From assembly GCA_021613535.1 (NCBI GenBank), contig CP075495.1:6696001-6760000 (forward strand): DNA of 64,000 bases, in the 5' to 3' direction. Under the pieces are notes generated by a model, which saw only the letters and a program-made list of their open reading frames with translations, had not been told where the DNA came from and did no database searches. The translations under genes and the position numbers were made by a program. Of this stretch, positions 13,356 to 27,948 are shown piece by piece. Numbering within the stretch: position 1 is the first letter of the stretch; every line of letters begins with the position of its first letter. This stretch comes from Adineta vaga (taxonomy: Eukaryota > Animalia > Rotifera).

Positions 13356-13991
13356 ATGGATCCATATTATTCTTCACCATCATCTTATTATTATCATCAT
13401 AATCATCATGCATCGTGTTCTTCTTACGATACATCACCATCATGTATATCTGATTCTTATATTGATCCCTGTTTATCGTTTCCAACTCCATCAACAACTT
13501 ATTATTATCCATCATATCATGACCAAACATCATCACCCCTTGTTTATTATAATAATTCAACAAGTATTTATGCTCAACCAAACTATACAACACCACCACC
13601 ACCGCTACCGCCACAAACAAATATTCAAGTTACTCCAACACCATCATTGAATAAAACATTTGAATCCGGTATGATAATATGGTCGAAAAATGATTTATCT
13701 ATTTCAAATTTCTGTTTGTAGCTCCACCACCAGGCCGTCGTCGTCGTCAACGTACTATATTTTCTAAAGATCAAGTTGATATTCTCGATCAAATCTTCGA
13801 AAAAAATCAATATCCTGATTTTCAACTCCGTGAACAAATTTCTGAACGACTCGATGTTCCTGAAGCTCGTATCCAAGTATGAATTTTTGATAATAAAAAT
13901 CTGTTTTCACATGTATCTAAACTATTCTATGTTATAGGTTTGGTTTAAAAATCGTCGTAGCCGTGCTGGTCGAATAAAATCCAAATATTAA
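13356..13991 (+). CDS. Divergent PRD-class K50 homeobox protein
   Basis: Exons 13356-13668, 13721-13876 and 13938-13991. Homeodomain RRRRQRTIFSKDQVDILDQIFEKNQYPDFQLREQISERLDVPEARIQ|VWFKNRRSRAGR, with the PRD-typical intron before VWF. The N-terminus is Tyr/Ser/Pro-rich. Confidence 0.9.
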
Positions 13992-14195
13992 CTAAAATTT
14001 ATTTGTTGAGTTTTTCTGTATTTTATTTTAGTTAATAAAATGTTTCGTTTATAAAAAAATCTTTTGTGCATGAAAGATAGTTGATCGACGAGAAAAATGG
14101 GTAGATGAGAAAGTAAAGCAGATGTCTATGTGTGACTATACGAATAGGACAGGATTATTCAGTATGAATATAAGAAAGAAACGTATTGTTTGAAA

Positions 14196-16201
14196 ATGGA
14201 TGAGGAAGAAGAAATCTTCATTGATACTCAAGAGTTTCGTCCGTTGAAGAAAACTCGGTTTGCTGCGTGCTGTGTCATGTTTAGTTTGATTTTCACGTCT
14301 ATTTTCTGCATAATTGTGATCGTTCGGACGAGTACAAAAGCTGCTACTAATTTGAAAGTCAATTCATTATGGTTTCCATCGACGGGTAGTGAATCATGTA
14401 TACGTTTATTGGATATCGATGGCGATGGACTTGATGATGTGATTGTGGCAGTCACTGAAGTCACAGCAATTACGAATGAAGTAAAGAAAGAACAGAATCG
14501 TTCGATCTTCTGTGACTCCTTACAAGTAGAAGTACCTTGTAGTGGAACTGTTTATGGAATACGTGGATATGATTTCAAACTTCTATGGTCATTTCGAATT
14601 AAAGAATCAATCTTTGAACTTGTCTGCGATGTTATTGACATGAATAATGATGGTCGTCGTGATTGTATAGGTGCTGGACGACAAGCAACGGTTATAGCAT
14701 TTGATCCTTATCATGGAAAAGTAATTTGGGATAGTAAAAAGATCAAATCACGACGTAGTCTATGGAATTTTTATAATCCTGTACTTCTATCGGTTGATGT
14801 TGATCATGATGGAATGAATGATATACTTGTTTCTCATGGTGGAAATCCAACCATATCATCGGAAGTACATGAACGTGAAGCTGGTTGTTTATTGATTATT
14901 TCCAGTCGAAATGGAGATCAAATTGGTGAACCATTCTGGATGCCTGATGGAAAAGAAACATACATGTCACCTATTTTATATGACAATTCAACGATGCTTT
15001 TTGGAACTGGTGGTGAAACAGTATCAGGTGGATTGTATAGTATATCCATAAATAATCTTCTTGGACAAAACAATCGATATATAACAGTAGTGAAATCATC
15101 AACAAAAGGTATAATGGTACCACCTATTGTACTTGATATTGATCATGATGGAATTGATGATATTCTTGTTAGTTATTTTGATGGAATCTTAGAATTAATT
15201 GATGGAAAAACGATGAAACCATTATGGACAAGAATATTCGATGGGTGTGAGTTCTATACATCACCAGCACCAGGAGATTTGAATGGTGATTCATTTGTTG
15301 ATTTTATGATTATTATAAATCATGGTAAGTGAAACGAAAGTTTTCAAAAGAAGATTTGTCATCTCATTAATGTTAAGGTGAATGGGATCGATATGAGTAT
15401 AGTGAAGTATTAGTTCTCGATGGTTTAACTGGTGAAACAATTTGGAAGAGAAGAAATCGTTTTGGTGAATTCACAGCTCCATTGACATTACAAATGAAAA
15501 GAAATGGAAAATATCAAGATAGTTTTATTTATCGTCAACGTGGTCAAACAAACGAAGAAGTGTTTTCCAATAGTTCATCGATATTATTTCATGGTATAGG
15601 TTTACAAGATGGAGAAATTGCAAAGTATAGAGTTATCTCAATTGATTTTCTTCTAACATTCTTAATATTTAGAAATGATATTATTATTTCATCGAATCTA
15701 TCTTATTCTTGTGATTCGTTTACGTTAAATGATTCTATTGCCAATATATATTTAAGCAATATCGATGAAACTTATCTAATTGGTAGTATCTATCCACCGA
15801 TGAGTGATCACAATGATTTCTGTAGTGATTTTGAACCGATGGAACGATCAGGTGGTGCTATTGGTGATCTTGATGGTGATGGTATTTTAGAGACTGTTGA
15901 TATTACAACATTTATTACGAAATTAACTTCACATACTTTACATAATTTTCTCGCTCATTCTGTTCTAACTCGCTTTTCTTTAGATACAAATCTAATAGAA
16001 CAGCAGATCGTCGCCAGTTATCACAAAGACATTTCAAATAGAACAATCAATCAAAAACTTCTTCAATCATTAAGAAGAAAAATATCTTTATCAACAAAAT
16101 CAATGACTTTCAATAAAGATTCGTATGTGATACAGAAACAAACATGGAATGCTTATTTAGGTCGATTTGCAAATAGTCATTATTATCGAAATATTGAATA
16201 G
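14196..16201 (+). CDS. FAM234: FAM234 (ITFG3)-like type II membrane beta-propeller protein
   Basis: N-terminal TM, SESCIRLLDIDGDGLDDVI, DGKETYMSP, LFGTGGET, several DxDxDG repeats and a C-terminal QTWNAYLG. Introns at ~15327-15377 and ~15625-15672. Confidence 0.8.
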
Positions 16202-16277
16202 GGTACAAATATGTTTCGTTCTTTGTGCATATGAATGAATTACAAAGGAAGAGTGAATGAAAATTCAAGTTTGTTTT

Positions 16278-17981
16278 TCAATAAATGATCGTAAGTATTG
16301 GTGAAATTGTATGAATAATTGCTCCACTAAAGTTTGTAATCACTTGAGTTGTTAAAGAATAATTATATAAAACATAAACATTATTTTTAAGAATTCGAAC
16401 TTGTCCATTTGATATATTCGCTGGTTGCATATAGATCTGTGTATTCGTTAAATTTCTCAATTGATTTGTTAATTGCGTATCTCGTTGATTCATACATTGA
16501 TTATCACAACTTGTCGGAAAATTGATCACAAATTCAACGATAACTTGTATAGTACTATTTGAATACCTGAAAGCAAGCAAACAAGCAAAATTTATTATCA
16601 ATACTTTTGATCTTAATAGTTTCTTTCGTTATTTTTTCTTCTATACATTACCAAAATTGTAAGATGATATGATTGATCGTTACATTAGATGAATTAGAAC
16701 CATTAGAAAATTGTATTTGTCGTTCAATCTGATAGAACCATATAACGGACAGAGTGATGATTTTTGCTTTCAAACAAGAAAAAAGTTCATTTTTATCTTA
16801 CTATTTGTGTTAATGCAGGATACATAGTAACAGCACCCATAAGTGGAACAGGTCCATCGTTTTGGTTTGCTGAAGTTTGTGTACTTGTTTCATCTAACGT
16901 TGCAAAATAATTACTTTTGGTTGTTGTAACAGTTAATGTATAATTTGTTGCTAAAAATTCTAAAAGAAAAGATTCAATCGATTTATCCCATGAATAAACA
17001 TTCGTTTCTTGTACGGACTATTACTAAATTGTGTTGAATTAGTAGCTCATTGCTATTGATCTGATCAATGGATGGTACATTTGAGATAATTTCTATTAGA
17101 AAAATAAAGATTAGAACAAATTAAATGGTATATCTTACTAGTGATGACAACTATATTTTCGATTGGAATATATGAAGTATACATTATAGTGGCATCAGAA
17201 AGTGCATAAGAAAGATTTGTATACTGAATAAGAATATTTATAGGTGTTGATAACTGATTATTTGAACATAACATTTCGAAAATAGTCAATTGACGACGTC
17301 GATCACACGATACACATTCTCGTGTATAAACAATTAAAATATCCAATGTTACACTAATAAAAAAAAAGTTCATATAACAAGACATGTTTTCATTCGTACC
17401 TCATATTATTTAGATCATCCGTATTTGTAAGCATTTGTAGTATGAATATATTAAATTTATCTGGATTATTATTTGCTTTCAATTGTTGTTCGAGCTACAC
17501 ACAAAAAAAAGGAACGATATTCTTTCTAATAACAATGTTTTCAAACTTACTGCGTATTGAATGGACCTGTTCATAGTCATTTGAGCATCATCTAATGTCG
17601 ATACATTTGTTGATAATATTAATCGAGTAAGATCTCGTTTGCCTAACGATCGACTCGTATGTAAACTATAATTGCTCATTCTCACCGCTAGAAAAAGAAT
17701 CCAATTTTTTCTTTTATTCTTATGAGAAACTATTTCAAGTCATACTAGTAAGAATAAAACGTGTTCTTTCCATTGATTGGTTGTCTAAATATAATGGAAT
17801 GATTGATAATATAATCATTGATGCCATAAGTAAGGCAAAACTAAGAAATCCAAACATGGTTAATGATGGCAGAATCATTTGTAAATACGATTTCCTTAAG
17901 AATAATTAAATGTCGATATCAATGATCTTTTTCTTCTATAACTTACGTTATTTGTAATGTTTGTCTTGTTGATAACATCAT
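16278..17981 (-). CDS. Lineage-specific type II membrane protein with two related ectodomain modules, each containing a Cys pair (~8 exons)
   Basis: MMLSTRQTLQITK spliced to the TM segment FGFLSFALLMASMIILSIIPLYL. Module motifs IVYTRECVSC and VINFPTSCDNQC. Consistent GT-AG introns. Confidence 0.55.
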
Positions 17982-18378
17982 TAACGAATTCCGTCGTTAC
18001 AAAATAGAAGCTTTCCTTCTGTTTATGAAATTCAAACAAAAATTCGGCAATTTATACTCCTACTTTTCTCTTTACTGTAATTGATCGATGTAAAATAGTG
18101 ACCCTTGCGGGAATATTTAAAATTTAGATGTCTTCGTCTGATATTCATTTTTGAGAACATCATGATAACAAGAACCTCTTTAATGTGTTTTTATTTTAAA
18201 ATTGTGAATGTTAGACATCAGATGAAGTGGTATCATATTACTTAAAAAAAGAAAAAGAGAGAGTGAGAGCGATAGAAATAACGATGTTGCTATGTTTTCT
18301 TTTTGTTAATAACATCTTTTCAAGTTGAAATAATAAAAAAGGAAGTTTGCCTTTTCTGTTATTTGACAAATTGACTTA

Positions 18379-19650
18379 ATGGAACGTCGGAAGACAACAA
18401 GTCAAGTATCTATTGATAGAAAACAGAAAATTTTCAAATGTAGGAATAATTCGACATCAATTAATATACAAAATGAAATAGACAATCTTATTAAACATGA
18501 AATTCTTCAATCAATTGTTGCATATGATCCAAAACTTGATTTTAGCTGTGTTCCGATTGTTATTGATGAACACATAGATAAACATATATGTCGACAAACC
18601 TATGGTTTAATATGGAATTCAATTCGATCGTCAAATATAAGTAAATTAGTGTTCTATGATCAACTACATGCATTCGTTGAAATTCTTCAAATACCAATCG
18701 AATGGTCACGATATGATATAGATCTTCTTCTTTATAATCATCGTCATAAAAAATTTCTTAATGGCCTTGCTTTACGTGATGAGATTGTACACGTATTACA
18801 ACGAATTTTTAAACAAAGTTTAAATCCAAACAAATCTCTCTATGAATTGAAAGATCTAGATTTTACTCGTCATACGATTCAATTAAAATTTCGCAATCTA
18901 CAAGAAACTGACCTGCAACTTATTCTTTCGTTTGTATTGCTAATTGAATTTGATATTTCATGTACAACGTTTTTCCCTGATGCATGCACATCACTTTCTC
19001 ATCATGAGGAATTCAATGAATATTTTCAAGATCATTCCGATATCAAATGTACACATGTAACTCCATCAAATTCAATCAAATTTCAATTTGATTTTGCTCT
19101 TATAGAAGCGAGGTTATGTGATTATTTATTGAAAAATTCCAAGGTATTTTCAATCATCTTAACAGATCTTTTTAAATTACGAAGACAATCATTGAAATAT
19201 GTACATCGAGCAGCAAAATACGTCATAGAAATAACGCAAAAACAGACATGTCCATTGAATTCACAACTATCGAAAACATCAGGTAAGCTCAATCTTTATT
19301 CTGTTCGAAATCTATAGATATTCGTTGTTATTTTTCTAGAATCAATACAATATTCTGCAATATTATCAAGAGAAATTGAAGATGCAACGGAAGTGCTATT
19401 TTCTATACCGTTACTGCGTCTTGTCTTTCTAACAATTTGTTTCAATTATAAAGAGCTCAAATTGACAATTGCAGATGCTTTACAAACTCTACTCAATGCT
19501 TTTGAAAACAACTATTTTGAACATCCATTGTTAAAAACTAGAAATGTACTTCCAAATATTTTCTTGACCTATGATACAAATATTAAATCTGGATTAATAA
19601 AATTGATTATTGATATGCAACGAGATTTGAAAAGAAATTTACATCAATAA
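18379..19650 (+). CDS. Hypothetical protein (2 exons), no recognisable domain
   Basis: The 312-aa ORF joins the 85-aa ORF via an intron at ~19283-19339. Composition looks globular. Confidence 0.6.
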
Positions 19651-21673
19651 ACTAACTTGATGAGAAATTATTTTTCTGTTTATGTCTTGTTTTTTTATTA
19701 TGATTGACTTAATAGGAAAACATAATGTTGAGTTGTTTTTTTGTCGATGAGAATTTATTTTCTAACAATATAACCCGTCAATAGATGTATATTTGCATAA
19801 GAGGCCAGTTAGTCATTTAGAGTTATAATAAAATATAGCATAATATAAAAATAAGAGGATAACCTTGAATCGTCGATTGTGCCATTTTGAAGAAGAGAGA
19901 AAAAGACAGAGAGAGAAAGAGAAGAAAAAGATCGTTAGACAATTATTTTATATTCTCTCGGTTTCTTGTCAACATTAAATTGATCAATAGCCAAGTTTTG
20001 TACTTACTTAAGTATTTAGTAAGTTTTTTCTTCTCTCTCTCTCTCTCTATAAAATAATTTTTCATACAAACACCTCCGCGTTGTTTCTTCCTGTTGGTAT
20101 TTTTTGTAAAAAATAACACGACGACTTGGTTGCTTCGTCATCATCATTGCTAGCTTTCTCTCACTTTTTTTCTCGTTGTCCCATTCTCCCTCCTTCTTCT
20201 TTTTCCTTGTCATCCACCTTTTTATGAATAACGAAACGACAACAACGACGACATCCCTCCTGACAACGACACTGGGGTGAAAAGCATAAAGAAAGTTAAC
20301 GATAAAACACGCAACAAATAATCAACGTTCGAACAGAACCATTTATTTGATTATTTTGACGACAACAAAAAACAACTATGTATTTCTCCTATAAACACAT
20401 GTAGTCAAACAATATACGAGGTAAGCGTTCGTTATTTCATAAGACTGATGATAACATAAAACGAAAAAGTTAAAAGAAAAAGAAATTATATTTTATAATT
20501 ATGTAGTCAGCTTAATCATGTATATGTTTTGACGGCCTTGTTGTACATATTAGGTATGTGTTAGCATGTATCAACTATAAAACAAGGCGAAGAAGAGAGA
20601 AAAAAAAATCAATTTTTCATTTTTCTTTTTTATTATTTGTAAAGCCTTGACTTTATTATGGAACTATGTATTCTTTTTTCTTTTCGTCTTCTATGCCCAT
20701 CCGATTATTGTTGTGAAATAATCATTCCTTCAGTTGCTACGTGCTATTCGCAAAAAATAATCATTTGTCGGATGCCAGACGGCGCAGTTTTTTTTTAATA
20801 TAACATGCGTTTTTTGATCAATAAAACAGAAAAAACGTCGACGAGTAAAGTAAAAGGAGAAGAAAAATATATGTATAGGAAAGATTAACTAATAAAATAA
20901 ATGGCACAATAAAATGCTTCAATAAAAAAAGGACTGAGCAATAATCTGAAGTCAAATTTTGTAAAAAAAATCATGATTGAATTTTTCTTCTTGAATATCT
21001 CAATAGTTCATCCAACCTTCATTTGTCGCTATAATAAATTTCGAAATCTATGCGTACATAGAGAATGCCCGAGAATAAACAGAAACAATTAAAAGAAAGG
21101 CATTGGCATTCTCTAACAGACACACACACACACACTGAGCTTACTTTAATATGTTAAAGTGTATGTATATTATTTTTCTTTTAAATAAAAAAGAAAAAAA
21201 ACTAAAACATTATTATGCTATCGGCTAGGTCTTTTCTTCATTTCTTAACTGACAATGTGTCATTGTTATAATCAAATCGAGACGTATGAAATCATAACTC
21301 ACGATTAACTATGGAAGACGAAGAGATAACAACTAGGGAGTTATTTCATCCATAGAAGGCGTTCAAAATCAAAATTTCATTTTACTCTGTTTTCTTTTTG
21401 TCTTTCGTAAGCCAAACTGTCAATACACGTTTTCGCTTCGTTTCTTTTCGTCGCACATCTAAACATCAAACCTACTCCTTTTCTTTCCCTTTCGTTTTAC
21501 TTATTGTACACATGTATGAGGAAAGGCCGTACCATGCATACACCGACAAGTTTTTAACACACATATACTTATACACTTCTTACATACATATATATATACG
21601 CACAGTTTGAGCTTATTCTATGTATGTTGACACAATTTTTGGTCGCGTCGGCTACTGTTAAATATATATATCT

Positions 21674-21706
21674 GTATGTATGTATGTATGTATGTATGTA
21701 TGTATG
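21674..21706. repeat. (TATG)n microsatellite
   Basis: About 8 tandem TATG units in an intron. A similar shorter tract lies at ~52557-52585. Confidence 0.8.
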
Positions 21707-22280
21707 CGTTGATCTTGAACTATACAACGACAATATATATTAATGACAAAGAAAAAGAAAATGATCTAGAAGATGAATATTATATTAGTTGAAGGTACTA
21801 CTTAGCTATTGTTAACTCAATCAATGAACAATTATCTTCTTCTATATGTGGCATTGTATTTTTTTGGTGACGTCAGATCAACAAAAAAACACATGAGTGT
21901 GAGTCAGTAGATTATCCTTGATTATATTACCATAAGGTCTTTTTTTCCGATGACGCTTGAATAGATGTGTAATGACGAGACAGATTTTTTTTATATGTCG
22001 GAAAATTTAATCATTAATCAAGGTGAAATAGGCGATAGTAACAAAAAGAAACAACGAATTTAATCAGGTATAACACAATGAATTCGAAATAGAAGAAATA
22101 TCATAAGTAATTGTATGAGATGTTTATCATAAAAAAGGTGAAGAAAAATTATTTTTTTGGAGAAAAATTAGATTCTAATTTGATGTTATTATTTTTTGTG
22201 TAAACATAAAAATATTTCTCATATTTTTTTTTGTTTTGTTATTTTTAGGTGTGCCATCCGCTCTTCCTTAGCGGTCTCCA

Positions 22281-22939
22281 ATGACCGAGAGTTATTTAAC
22301 CACAGATATTATTGTTATCATCGTTTTAGTCGTCGTCTTAAGTATGTTGAATATTTTGTGAAACAAAAAAACAGCTCAACTTAATATGAAAAACTTCTTT
22401 TCATTTTAGTTTTAGTCGGTGTATGTGCCTTTTTTACGCATTTCTATTGGACAAAAATCGGTGTTGCTGATATTTGGAATACAGCAAAATGGAGTTCGAT
22501 GCGAAGTTCATTTTATCAAACAATGCGTCGTTTCAGTCGAGCTAGTAGTGGTAAATATGGTTCTGAACGTCCATTTTCTGCTGCATCCGTTTATTCGGAA
22601 GAATCGGATGGCAGTGCATTACCAGCTCCATTACGAAATAAAAAACCACAAACTGCTCCTCAGACTAATATACCACCTTCTCCGCAACAGTCATCTCATC
22701 CTCCTCCTCCTCCTCCTGCTCCTCTGTCTAATGCTTACTCATCGACTGACAATAATGGACGTCGAAATTCACGCAATCAAGTACAACCGGTTTCTACAGT
22801 TTCATATAATAATTCCGGGAGGAAAAATTATGGTATTAAAATAGGGCAAGCCCCTGAAAACACGAAAATTCGAAATGTTCATGAGAACGACGATAGAAAT
22901 CCTGATGGATCTGTTGTTATTGATACACATCGGTTTTAA
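22281..22939 (+). CDS. Small single-pass membrane protein with an N-terminal TM and a Ser/Pro-rich cytoplasmic tail
   Basis: ATG 22281 gives MTESYLTTDIIVIIVLVVVL|ILVGVCAFF, spliced (~22342-22409) in frame into ORF 22499-22939. A probable 5'UTR exon ends at the donor at 20421. Confidence 0.65.
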
Positions 22940-23372
22940 ATGAATACAAGTCTTTATTTAATCATCCCGAGCTTTCCCTTTTCTTTTCTTTTTCTCAATA
23001 ATTTGGTGATATACGACTTCACCCTGGTGATAAAATCTTTCTTGTTCTTTATTTTTGTCTTTTTATATGTATTCATTTAATTGATGATTTATCATTTCTT
23101 TCTCCCTATTTCTTTTGTCTCCCTTTCTTTTTCTTCTTGCTTTTTCTATTTTTATGATTGTATTACTATTGTTATGGCTGATGACGACGATGGCTCGACT
23201 ATTTTTTTGTCTGTCTTTAATGTGAATATGCATGCGCAAGTGCGCGTTTGTCTTTCGGTGATATCTGTTGTGGCTTCTAAATGCGTTTGCATAAAAAAAT
23301 ATACATAAAAAGCTCAAGCAAAAAAAAACCGAAGAAAACTTTATTGTACAACAAAATAAAAACAGATCACAG

Positions 23373-25449
23373 TTACGGATGAGATGGTCGACTAGTCTGA
23401 GATGTCGATGTCTGTTCACTTTCCATACGTTCAGTTGTATCCATTGACGCATTTTCATATCCTAAACCTTGACGACAATTTCGATAATTGATTTGTACAG
23501 GAGCAGTGATACCATTTTGATTAATACCAAGACCATTACCTGGAGTCCAACCAATTTTTTCTAATAATTGATGTCCAATATTAGTAGCATCAATGGGTGC
23601 GACGAGTTCATCTATAAATTAAGAAAATCGTTTATTAACAAAAGTACCCAATTGAAAATTACTAATAGTAACATACTATGTTTATGTGAATAATGATCAC
23701 TTTTGACTCGTTTATGATTATAACTATTATGATGTGACCGACGAGTTTCTTTTAATAAACGCACATGACGCTTTTGATGAGGATGCGTATAGGCATTCTG
23801 AAATAATATAAACGTAAATGTTAAGAGAGATAGACTTTTTCTTTTCGCTTAGATCAACTTATAACCTTGAACTATATGAAACTAATATTATCGAATGTGT
23901 AGACAGGATGCGAACTGTAAGAACGAAGAGAAGAAGGTAACGATATGCGAATGAAAAATAAACTATGTGACATATTGAAATATGTAATGATTTTTCATAT
24001 TTGTCTTTTCATCTTGTTAACTGATTCGATTAAATACGTCATTTTTATTTTGAATTATAATAGTCAAATGAAACCATAGATCAATTCAAAATTTAAATGC
24101 AAGGATAGAGAATATTACGTATAGATCAAATACTTCGTAAATAATCTTAACTGTGAATATCACTACGAGAAAGATGTATTCTAAAAGGATATTTGATTTC
24201 AATGGATTGAAAAAATTTCTTTACGAATGAAAGATGCTATTTATGAAAATCTAAAGAAAAAAAACGACCTTTTCATATTGTCTTACTTTTGATCCGAGAT
24301 TTCTTCGATTTCCTGTCAACATTTCTCTATTAACATATGTTTTAATTCGATTTTGTATTGTATTTTTCGAAGTTGCTAACATCATACTGAGTGCACCATT
24401 GACAATTTTCTGTAGAGTTCCATCAGTTGTTGTTAACATTTTTTCATCATTATCCTCATCATCTGGTTCTGATTTATTATCATTACTATCTTCCCACCAT
24501 GATATCACACGTGGTACACTACTTTCATCTCTTGGCCAATCTGATTGTTCATCATCAGCTTCGTTACTCGTTAAACATGGATCTTGATCACTATCGCTTA
24601 AATTTAAACTGCTACTACTACTGAAATTTGTTCTAAATAAGAAAAACAAAGACAAATGATGAGTGAGATTTTTTTGCAACAACAAAACACGTACAGATTA
24701 GGATCATCGATACATGCCATATCATAATCATGTAGACTATTATTTCGTAATCGAAAATCATCGTGAACTATTGTACGTGATCGTTTACGTTTACCAGCAT
24801 AATTGGTATTATTATTTAATAATGATAATGAAGATGAGGAAGGAAATGTTGATGGATTTTCCGGAAGATCGGCCATACGACAATGACTATCACTACGACA
24901 ATTTCGTCGTCGACGACGTAGAGGCGTGCTTATCGTTGTTACATTAGTGATTTTAACACTTGGACAACGTGTTAATCTAATTGCTTGATCCGTTTTCCAT
25001 ATAGATGTTGTTGTTGGTGGTATAATTGGTTTTTTAAATGGACGACGTCGTCGTTGTAAGTCATCTGTTTGTGAAGCTGAATCTGATTCTGATGCTGCAG
25101 CTAAGGATGATGATTGTGTTTCTAAAATAAGTAACAACAAATATTGTATTTTTTTTTTGTTTTCTGACAAAAACAAACTTGATTGCGTAGGCATATCATC
25201 ACTATCACTAACAATCGATTGTTTATTACTTTGATGTCGACTTTGACTATTTTCTGGTGTTGTACTATCCGATGCATCAATCTTTTGTTGTTGCATTTCA
25301 TTATTGATCGGTCGTTTTTTTCGACGTTTTATTTTTGTAATTGTTGCTGCTGATGATGATGACGTGATTGGAATATTTGATAGTGAAGATGATGGAAGAA
25401 TATCTGCATCATTTAATGCACTATTGAGATCAGCAGCTAATTGATCCAT
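23373..25449 (-). CDS. GPATCH2: G-patch domain-containing protein 2-like
   Basis: N-terminal MDQLAADLNSAL, central EADDEQSDW, and a terminal-exon G-patch IDATNIGHQLLEKIGWTPGNGLGINQNGITAPV...RQGLGY (~23450-23610, missed by the ORF track). Confidence 0.85.
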
Positions 25450-26446
25450 AATTTTCTTTTGAATACAACGAACTTTGTCTTTAATTAGAAAAACATGAGA
25501 AGTCTCATCCATTCGAATGGAAATTTTTAAGAAATATCGTGTTGGAGAATATTTAGTGGAATATTCAACAAAATATCAATCATCTGAAAAAGAGAAATAT
25601 ATCATGAGATTATCAGATATTTCCACTGACAAAGTTGTCTTCAGAAAAATGAAAAAAAAACAATTCTTTAACATCGAGCAAAGTCGATTGTTTTACTATC
25701 AAAATATGATATGTTTTTGAAAAAAAACGTTCTTCTGTTTATGATCAAATTTCTTTTGATGTATGTATTTCTAGCTGACTGCTGCTATCAAGATATCGCT
25801 TATAATAATAAACGATCGATCAATAATCTTAATCAATCAACTGCTGTTCTAATCATTAATATTATCTAGAAAAAGAACCAGATAAGTTTTCATCATCTAC
25901 GTTTGCATATTTAATAACTTCAGACTATAAGAAGAAGAGAAAAAAACGGTATTTCTTCCAGATATGATCTAAAAAGTTTATGTAAAATAAATCTAGAAAG
26001 AAAACCAATTCTTTGATGAAGTTTCTTGTATAGAAGAATGTAAAAATTTTCATTATACATCTGGCATTCTCTCATAAATAAACACATTCTTCATATCGTT
26101 ATTTTTCAGAAAAGTCAGGAAAAAAAAGAAATCATTTTAAATTCATGTATGTTATTCAATGAATTAGAACAGAAAAAAAAACAAGAGACAATTATTTATA
26201 TGTATGTATACGTATATATATATAAGAATAAATGTGCACACATTGAAAGATGAGCATAAACTCGTGAGAAGAACAAAAAACAAACGAGAGAACGTTTTTG
26301 TTTCGAGACAAAAAGAAAAAGATATGCAGAAGCATATTGAGCAAAAACACAGATGCCGATTGAATCGAACAAAAGACACTCTCTTCGTAGATATGTGTAT
26401 ATCGATACACAACTCGATTATAACAAATAAATCTATATTATTATTA

Positions 26447-27948
26447 TTATTGCTGTTGTTGTTGTTGTTGTAGTTGTAATTTATGTTGAAGTTCTAACGA
26501 AATACGTTTATCGATAAGATCTGTCAATCGATCTTCCCAATGTTTAAGTTGTGCTTTAAGAACAGAATTTCGTGTTTTAGTTTGACTCAATGCTACGTGA
26601 AGATTTTCAATAGTTGCAGTTGATGGTGTTGTTATGATTGTTGCTAATTCTTGTAAATGATCTGGTTGTAGTAGATCACGTATTTGTCCGAGTAAAGCAT
26701 TTGCATCTGATTGTTGAGGTGTTGATACAATTGATGGACGCGTGCGATTGTAAAGATAAGGTGTCGTATTCGTAGATGAACTATGATTATTACTGTTTAT
26801 TATATTAGTATTACGTTGAGGTGTATCATTGATAATTGTACGTGGTGGTAGAACTGGTTGTTGAGGTGTATCGATTGATGTTGTTCGACCAGGCGCACGT
26901 GGCGGCGGTGGAGGTGGTTGTGGTTTGTTTGCAGTACTTGAAGTAGTTACTGGATGTGGTAAAGGAGGTGGTGGAGATAGACGAACAGGTACTGGTGCTA
27001 CAATACGATGATTATCAGCTAATGGTGGTCCATAAATAAATTGTTTTGGTGAATTTGGATTTTCATCGAGACTTAATTTTGGATTAGTTGATAATTCACT
27101 GTTGGTAGTTTTAAAATTTGCCCAATTTTCTATTTGTTCATTTATTTGTGGTAGATGAATTGTGGAATCTGATAAATCAATCAATGGTGTGTACGGTTGT
27201 AATTGTGGTGGAAGTTCATCGGGTAATTCGAAACCATTAACTCGCAAAACAACAAGATGCATAGCTGTACAAAATTCAGCAAGTGATAATGCACCATCAT
27301 GATTAACGTCAGATAGATTCCAAATTTGTGAAAGTTCACTAGTAGGTAAACGTGATCGTTCAAAAAATTCCTTTGCTATATTACCTAGAAAAAAGAAATA
27401 TACAAATGTAACATCACTAAATTTCATTGACATTTCTAAATCTATTTACCACTAATCAATTTTGTTATATCTGGTTGAATATCTCGAAATTGTTTTGTAT
27501 AATATTCTCGTTGTACAGTATTTATTGTCCATGGATCGTCAACAAAATCTTGGTCACTTCCATCATCATCTGAAATACTTGATGATGATTCGTCATCATC
27601 ACTGTCACTTGTATCACTTGAACTTTCATTATTATGACGATGTTTATTATGACTACCATTACTCGTTTTAGTTAAATACATAGCCCAATCTTTTTTAAAT
27701 GCTGATGGTTGATGTTGTGATGATGATGATGTTAAAGATGATGATTGAGCAATAGCTTCATGTAGACGAGATGAATTACTACCAACTAAACCTTTACCTT
27801 CATCATCCGATTCAATATAAGATGATAAATGTTGAACACTATCCGATTGAGAACTAAGTATAGAGATAGTATCAATATCTAATCGAGGATGAACATCAAC
27901 CATTGGAATTGGTGGATGACGAAGTGTGACGCCATCACTGGTCGTCAT
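26447..27948 (-). CDS. REPS1: RalBP1-associated Eps15-homology domain protein (REPS1/2-like)
   Basis: EH domain [21 protein letters not shown]|[47 protein letters not shown], a Pro-rich PPPPPPR segment and a C-terminal coiled coil. Confidence 0.85.

Noticed and set aside
13282-13650. Overlapping His/Ile-rich and Met-rich ORFs
   Set aside because: Shadow frames of the homeobox gene's first coding exon.
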